Below, in pieces: positions 56,584-64,000 of a stretch of 64,000 nt of DNA; the first letter of the stretch is position 1; every line of letters starts with the position of its first letter. A model generated the notes under the pieces. The model saw only the letters and a program-made list of their open reading frames with translations, was not told the origin of the DNA and ran no database searches. Source of the DNA: an uncultured Acidobacteriota bacterium (GTDB lineage Bacteria > Acidobacteriota > JAQAZP01); NCBI GenBank assembly GCA_963836075.1, contig CAWIIB010000009.1, positions 1,472,001 to 1,536,000 on the forward strand. Reading direction: 5' to 3'. Made by a program: the position numbers and the translations under genes.

Positions 56584-58470
56584 ATGAGCAACGAACAAGA
56601 CGATCGTAAACGGCAGCTGGAATGTGCGGTGCAGGCCCGCCGTGACGCTGAATCCCGCCTGGAAGCAATGGAAGAAAAGCTCCAGCGGATGGAGGACGAA
56701 CTGCATTCGGTGCGCCAGGAGGTCGGATCGGCGCATCGGGCCAAGAGCCTCTTTCTGGCCAGAATGAGCCACGAGATCCGCACCCCGATCAACGCGGTGA
56801 TCGGTATGACCCGGATGGCATTGGAGTCCGAAGTATCCGAAGAGCAGCATCATTTTCTCACCACCGTCAAGAACACCTCCGAAACACTGATCAGCCTGGT
56901 GAACAATGTTCTCGACTACTCCAAGATCGAAGTGGGCGAACTGGACATGGAAGCAGTGGACTTCGACATGCGCTACCTGGTGGAGAGCGTGATGGACCGG
57001 GTGGTGTCCCGGGTGCCCGGCAACGAACTGGAGCATTTCTGCATGGTGGACGCTGATGTCCCGCTCCGCCTGACCGGTGATCCCACCCGGTTGAGGCAGA
57101 TTCTGATCAACCTGCTGGGCAATGCGGTGAAGTTCACCGGCCAGGGCGAAGTGGTTTTGCGAGTTGGTGTGGAGAGCAGGGACGAGGCGGGAGTGTCACT
57201 TGCCTTCTCGGTGACCGACAGCGGCGAGGGGATTCCGACCGAACGCCTGGCCCGGATCTTCGATGTCTTCATGCCGGCGGATAGCCTGAACCACCAGGAG
57301 TTCAACCGGGCGGGGCTGGGGCTCTCCATCTCCAGGCAACTGGTGAAGATGATGGGCGGGGAGATGACCGTGGAAAGTGAAGTGGGCCGCGGCAGCACCT
57401 TTCGATTCACCGCCCGGTTCGAGGAGCCGGTTTCGGCAAGCGAACGGCAGGCAATCGCCGGGCCGGTGGCCGGCACCAGTGTGCTGGTGGCGGGGCCGGC
57501 AGGAATCCCCCGGCGGGTGCTGTGCGGGATGCTCACCTCCATGAGTCTCATACCCCGGGAAGTGGGGAACGGTGGGACCGCGCTGGCCGCTCTGCACCGC
57601 TGTGTGGAGAAAGAGGAGCCGTTGCCGCTGCTCCTGGCGGACGATCAGTTGCCCGACATGGGCGCAGCCCAACTGGTCAGGCAGATTCGTGAAGATCAGC
57701 TGGTCCGGGAGACCCGGTTGATCATTCTCTCTTCACACGGGACACGGGGTGAAGTGAATGAATACCGGCAGGCCGGTGTGGACGGCTACCTGATCAAGCC
57801 GGTGAGCCGGTCGCTTCTCTTCGATGCTGTTTCGGCAGTGGTGGCGCTTCCCGCACGAGGGGAAGTGGGGCGGGAGATGGTCACCAGGCACAGCCTCGAG
57901 GAGTCGAAGTCGAGGCGGGCATGGATCCTGCTGGCCGAAGGTGATCCCGGTGAGCAGAAACAGGTGATCCGGATGCTGCGCGGCACCGGGCTGCAGGTGG
58001 GCATTGCCGCCAACGGACGGGCGGCGATGGAAGCAGCGTCTTCCTCGGCCTGGGACCTGATGCTGATCGGTTTCCGTCTCCCGGTGATGGGCGGCCCGGA
58101 AGTCACGGAGGCGATCCGGGCGCAGGAGGATCCCTCCGACCGGCGTCTGCCGATCATCGCCCTGATGTCGGCTCCCTCCGCCGGTGACATGGAAGCCTGC
58201 CTCTCAGCCGGCATGGACGGTTACCTGACCCGGCCACTGGACACCGATCAGCTCTGGGCCACCCTGCGGCGATGGCTGAAGCCGGTGCCGGGAAAGCCGG
58301 CCGTTGACCCGGCCGAGGCGCCGCCGGCATGCTCCTCGGCGGCGCCGGAGGGCATTTTCCCGGAACCGGTTCTCCAGCACCGGATCTGGACATGGCGTTC
58401 AACCGTGAACCGGCGGATATCCCCCTCACCGGCACACTCCGCGGTTCGTTCCACTCTCCATCGCCGGTAA
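56584..58470 (+). CDS. Cytoplasmic hybrid histidine kinase with two (partly degenerate) receiver domains
   Basis: FLARMSHEIRTP, GDPTRLRQILINLLGNAVKFT, DSGEGI and GLGLSIS, followed by two REC-like domains. Start taken at MSNEQ. Confidence 0.82.
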   Translation: MSNEQDDRKRQLECAVQARRDAESRLEAMEEKLQRMEDELHSVRQEVGSAHRAKSLFLARMSHEIRTPINAVIGMTRMALESEVSEEQHHFLTTVKNTSETLISLVNNVLDYSKIEVGELDMEAVDFDMRYLVESVMDRVVSRVPGNELEHFCMVDADVPLRLTGDPTRLRQILINLLGNAVKFTGQGEVVLRVGVESRDEAGVSLAFSVTDSGEGIPTERLARIFDVFMPADSLNHQEFNRAGLGLSISRQLVKMMGGEMTVESEVGRGSTFRFTARFEEPVSASERQAIAGPVAGTSVLVAGPAGIPRRVLCGMLTSMSLIPREVGNGGTALAALHRCVEKEEPLPLLLADDQLPDMGAAQLVRQIREDQLVRETRLIILSSHGTRGEVNEYRQAGVDGYLIKPVSRSLLFDAVSAVVALPARGEVGREMVTRHSLEESKSRRAWILLAEGDPGEQKQVIRMLRGTGLQVGIAANGRAAMEAASSSAWDLMLIGFRLPVMGGPEVTEAIRAQEDPSDRRLPIIALMSAPSAGDMEACLSAGMDGYLTRPLDTDQLWATLRRWLKPVPGKPAVDPAEAPPACSSAAPEGIFPEPVLQHRIWTWRSTVNRRISPSPAHSAVRSTLHRR

Positions 58471-58516
58471 GTGTGTATACTTGTGACGGTAGACCGCCCG
58501 AGGAGCCGGCAACCCC

Positions 58517-60091
58517 ATGTTTATCGCACTCGAAACTTCCGAGAAGCCGGAACTTCACGTACCGGTGAGCAAAAAGCTGGTGATCATCAACTCCACCAGC
58601 TCCCTCGTCACCCACCTGCTCAATGTGGGCGTACTGATCTGGCTCCAGCCCTTCCTCCTCGCCCGGGTGAGCATCGAGGAATACGCCCTCTACCCGGTGG
58701 TGGTGGCGCCGCTGGTCTTCGTGCCCCTGCTGAGCACCATCCTCACCGGCGGCCTGGGCCGCTTCGGGGTGGAGGCATACGCCAGGGGGAACCGGGAGAG
58801 GATCACTGAAATCGTCTCCACCATGTTCCCCCTGCTGGCCGGGGCCAGCCTGCTGATCATGATCCTCGGCACCCTCTTTGCCTGGAAAGTGGAGCACCTC
58901 CTCGAAATCGCGCCGCCGCTGGTGCCCGACGCCAGGATGATGCTGCTGCTCCTGGTGGCTGCCGCATCCCTGCGGGTATTGCTCTCCCCCTTCGAGATCG
59001 GTCTCTTCATCCGCCAGAAGTTCGTGCTGATGAACGTGATCCTGGTGGGCACGCAGTTCCTTCGCCTGGCCCTGCTGATGGCTCTGCTCTTCGGGGTCAG
59101 CCCGCGGGTGCTCTGGCTGGTGGTGGCTGCGGTGGTCGCCGACAGCCTGGGGCTGATCGTCGCCGTGATCCTCTCCCGCCGCTGCGTGCCGTCCCTCCGC
59201 TTCCGCTTCCGCTCCTACCGCTGGGGGTGCGCGCCGGAGCTGATCTCCTTTGGCGGCTGGACCTTCGTCATGCAGGCGGCCGGCACTCTGCGGCGCGGGA
59301 TCGTACCGATCCTGCTGAACAAGCTCTCCACCGCGCTGCAGGTCTCCTGTTTCTACCTCGGTTCCATCGCCATGCAACAGATCCAGTACATGACCTACCT
59401 GGGCACCCAGCCGCTGCTGCCGGCCATGGTGGCGATGCACACCCGCAACGACCGCAACGGGCTGGCCGACGTCTATCTCCGCGGCGGGCGCTTCGGCCTC
59501 TGGTTCGCCACCTTCGTCTGTCTGCCCCTGGTGGTGTTCAGCCGCGAACTGTTCACCATCTACGTCGGTTCCGGGTATCTTGACGCCGCCCTGGTGATGG
59601 CCCTGTTGCTGGCGGCGCTGCCGCTGCAGTTCGGCAACCTGATGCTGGGCCGGCTGGCCATGGCCACCAACCAGATCAAGCGCTTCTCCTTTCAGGTGCT
59701 GATCAACCAGACACTGGGTCTGATTATCGCCACCACACTCATCTGGGGCTGCGGCATGGGGGCGCTGGGCGGCGCCATCGGCAGCGTCTTCCCCCTGCTG
59801 GTGATGCAGCCGGCGGTGATGTGGCGCATGGGCCGCCGGCTGGCCGGGGTGACCTTTGCCCAGTGGATGCGCACCACGGTGATTCCCGGAGTGATCCCGG
59901 GCCTGGTCGGCCTGCCTGCCTGGCTGGCCGTGGAGCAGTTCCTGCCCCAGCGGAACTGGCGGGAACTGATCCTGGGGGGGGTGCCCGGTGCGCTGCTCTT
60001 TCTTGCCGGGCTGCTCCTCTTCAGTCTGACATCCCAGGACAGAGCTGATCTGCGGACGATTTTGCGACGCTTCGGGTGGCGTGCTATTTGA
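58517..60091 (+). CDS. Wzx-type polysaccharide flippase (MOP superfamily)
   Basis: About 12-14 TM segments, EEYALY, LISFGGWTF and a PAM motif. Adjacent to glycosyltransferases. Confidence 0.8.
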   Translation: MFIALETSEKPELHVPVSKKLVIINSTSSLVTHLLNVGVLIWLQPFLLARVSIEEYALYPVVVAPLVFVPLLSTILTGGLGRFGVEAYARGNRERITEIVSTMFPLLAGASLLIMILGTLFAWKVEHLLEIAPPLVPDARMMLLLLVAAASLRVLLSPFEIGLFIRQKFVLMNVILVGTQFLRLALLMALLFGVSPRVLWLVVAAVVADSLGLIVAVILSRRCVPSLRFRFRSYRWGCAPELISFGGWTFVMQAAGTLRRGIVPILLNKLSTALQVSCFYLGSIAMQQIQYMTYLGTQPLLPAMVAMHTRNDRNGLADVYLRGGRFGLWFATFVCLPLVVFSRELFTIYVGSGYLDAALVMALLLAALPLQFGNLMLGRLAMATNQIKRFSFQVLINQTLGLIIATTLIWGCGMGALGGAIGSVFPLLVMQPAVMWRMGRRLAGVTFAQWMRTTVIPGVIPGLVGLPAWLAVEQFLPQRNWRELILGGVPGALLFLAGLLLFSLTSQDRADLRTILRRFGWRAI

Positions 60092-62174
60092 GCGGCAGCA
60101 CCCGGTAGACTTTCACCGTTGGCAGGTCGAGTTCGAGGCGGACGTGTTCTGGGAGGGCGGCATACTCCGCGGTGAGGATCGGCAGCAAGCCCTTCATGTC
60201 TCTTTGCTGGAGAAAGAGATAGACGGGATCGGGCAGACCGGACAGCAGCCGCAAGGCCTCCGGTTTGTTTTTTCCCGGCTCGAGCAAACAGTGGGCCACG
60301 TCCAGTGCGTCCCCCAGCGGATCCCATTCACCGTTTGGCCGGGGGGTGTGGGAGGTTCGTTCCCCGACGTAAATCCGCCGGCCGGTCAGGGCCGACAGCT
60401 CCTCGTAATTTCGCTTCTTCGGCTTCTCCACCAGAACAGCTTCTGCTGCGGTCTCCTGCCGGATCCAGCCATAGGCCCGGGCCAGGTCGCTGTCCCGGTC
60501 CTGCAGAGTGATGAGGGGGGATCCGCTGAAACAGTAGCGGTTAACATCGGGTCGCCGAATCCGGTAAAAAGCGTTTAGACGGAGGAAGGGGCCGAGCAGA
60601 ATCAGCAATCCCAGGACCGTGGCAAAGACTGTGCGCGCGGTTTTCCCCGGCAGCCATTGCAGCCAGCGACCCAACTGGCCACCGGCCAGCAGCCCCAGCG
60701 GGATCGACATCAGGTAGAGGTGATACCAGTCGCACTTGACTTGCTGAGTGAGGAGAAACAGGGCGGTGGTCACCGCCAGCAGAACGATGAAGATATTCTG
60801 CCGGTCCCGCTCCCGGAAGGCCCGCACCGCCGCCGGTGCAGCGGTCAGACCCAGCGGGAAATAGAGCCAGACCAGGGCCAGAGTGATCTGCGTCTCAACC
60901 CGGGAGGTCACTCCTCCGCTTCCCGCCGACTCCATCCCCGGGAGCAGGTAGGGCAGGGCGGGCAGTGCGGCAAGGCCGAGGCAGACAGCAACACCGAAGA
61001 GGCGGGCCAGCGGAAAGCGCTCCTCACTCCGCTTGAACAGTTGTGCCAGGAGCAGGGCCAGGGGCATGGGCAGGGCGAGCACCACTGCCAGGACCGGGTG
61101 GACCAGCAGTGCGGTTGCCGTGCCCAGCAGGATCAGCAGATAGCCCTCCCGCACCTTGCCGCGAATGACCCGAAGCGCTCCGAGGATAGCGATCATCACG
61201 GCCACATAACCGGGGATGATGAAACTGAAATTGACCAGCTTGATGATGATCGAGCCGGTTCGGACACGGAGATGCTCGGACATGGATTCGGGGGTGAGGA
61301 GGAGTTGCAGCCCGGGGTGGTAGGCTCCGGTGAGCACCACCTGGCGCAACTCCGCTGAAGTGGCCAGGTGGAATATGTAGAGGAGGCCACCGCAGAGATT
61401 CATTCCCAAAAAGGCCAGCAAACCGGAGAAGGCCCTGCCGGCCGGCACTTGCCCCAGATCGCGAGCCAGGAGATACCCCACACCGAGGAGTCCGATAAAG
61501 GTGAGGAACCGGGATAGCGTCGCGGCGAGCGGCGGCGAGATGTTCATCAGCGCCGAGGATACGGCCGGAACAATCCAGGCCGGCCACTGGTATCCCGAGG
61601 CAACTCCGTAGAGGTGGGTGTTGTCCGGCGGGATCAGGCCGGCCATGACCTGGTTGATGCCGGTGCTGTGAAACAGCCCGTGGATATTGAGCATGTGCGA
61701 CGGCCCCTGGAGGTAGTAGACCGTGGTGATCAGAACCAGCAGCAGACCGGCCCCCAGGGGTGCCGCGGCGGGCCACTCGAATGGTGTGGCCGCGGCCTGC
61801 TTCTCCCTGCGCCGCGGCCAGCCGAGGGCGATGGTCAGGATCAGCCCGGAAACGCCGATCCCCATGGGCAGGGGCAAGCGGAGGAGGTTGCTGAATAGGT
61901 AGATCAGCAGGGTGACCACCAATGGGGAAAGGGCCAGGCCGCAGACGATGGTCTCCAGGGAATCGGGCCGGCGAAAGGTCACCGCAACCGCCACGCCGGG
62001 GAGGAAATGGAGCAGAATCATCCCGCAGATCAGCCGGCCCGGCTCGAAGTTGATGGCCGCATGGAAGAGGAGGAGGCCGGCAGCGCATAAAAGTCCGAGA
62101 AGGAACCAGGCCCGCCCGACGGCAGGTGATTGTCCCGTCCCTGCTGGAGATTGGTTCCACCGTCTTCTGGTCAT
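60084..62174 (-). CDS. Polytopic membrane protein, probable GT-C-type transferase
   Basis: Many TMs, a HGLFH...PPDN...Y.W loop and C-terminal AYGWIRQET....VLVE...SALTGRR. The ORF is open to 62222. Confidence 0.65.
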   Translation of the reverse strand: MTRRRWNQSPAGTGQSPAVGRAWFLLGLLCAAGLLLFHAAINFEPGRLICGMILLHFLPGVAVAVTFRRPDSLETIVCGLALSPLVVTLLIYLFSNLLRLPLPMGIGVSGLILTIALGWPRRREKQAAATPFEWPAAAPLGAGLLLVLITTVYYLQGPSHMLNIHGLFHSTGINQVMAGLIPPDNTHLYGVASGYQWPAWIVPAVSSALMNISPPLAATLSRFLTFIGLLGVGYLLARDLGQVPAGRAFSGLLAFLGMNLCGGLLYIFHLATSAELRQVVLTGAYHPGLQLLLTPESMSEHLRVRTGSIIIKLVNFSFIIPGYVAVMIAILGALRVIRGKVREGYLLILLGTATALLVHPVLAVVLALPMPLALLLAQLFKRSEERFPLARLFGVAVCLGLAALPALPYLLPGMESAGSGGVTSRVETQITLALVWLYFPLGLTAAPAAVRAFRERDRQNIFIVLLAVTTALFLLTQQVKCDWYHLYLMSIPLGLLAGGQLGRWLQWLPGKTARTVFATVLGLLILLGPFLRLNAFYRIRRPDVNRYCFSGSPLITLQDRDSDLARAYGWIRQETAAEAVLVEKPKKRNYEELSALTGRRIYVGERTSHTPRPNGEWDPLGDALDVAHCLLEPGKNKPEALRLLSGLPDPVYLFLQQRDMKGLLPILTAEYAALPEHVRLELDLPTVKVYRVLPLK

Positions 62175-62260
62175 TTTTCCCAGGACTCTATTACGACGTG
62201 GCGATGACGGCCCCTGGTGCAAAGGGCCGGCGGCTGGCTGAGTATAACACCGTGGTCGCT

Positions 62261-64000
<1,740 letters not shown>

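Overview
This is a GC-rich bacterial chromosomal segment from a diderm: it encodes TolC and a LapA/LapB-type protein. The gene repertoire resembles Acidobacteriota or deltaproteobacteria, which is an inference only. About 55 CDS are supportable. Housekeeping blocks are an orphan EF-G paralogue, folK / dNK-panBCD, rplU-rpmA-obgE-nadD-rsfS-dksA-lapB-comF, rny-ychF-thiD, DUF4390-ntrY and a partial acs. Envelope and export genes include two sulfatase-like proteins, an MMPL transporter, a MacAB-TolC-like operon without an ATPase, GT2/GT4/GT-C glycosyltransferases, a Wzx flippase and secreted FG-GAP/propeller proteins. I saw no rRNA, tRNA, CRISPR array, transposase or integrase. The most notable items are: (1) a cassette-like array of about 10 small co-oriented genes (37.9-42.6 kb) behind an operator-bearing AT-rich promoter, containing a truncated attC-like site and recurring spacer motifs; (2) a histone-like Lys/Ala repeat domain joined to DksA across a +1 frameshift; (3) a pan-motif-like RNA hairpin overlapping the dNK stop codon upstream of panB; (4) a stand-alone mini-FlgM with a sigma28-like promoter; (5) an N-domain-only LarC with a His/Cys tail; (6) an internally deleted secreted-protein relic; (7) a degenerating hybrid kinase with an out-of-frame Hpt relic.
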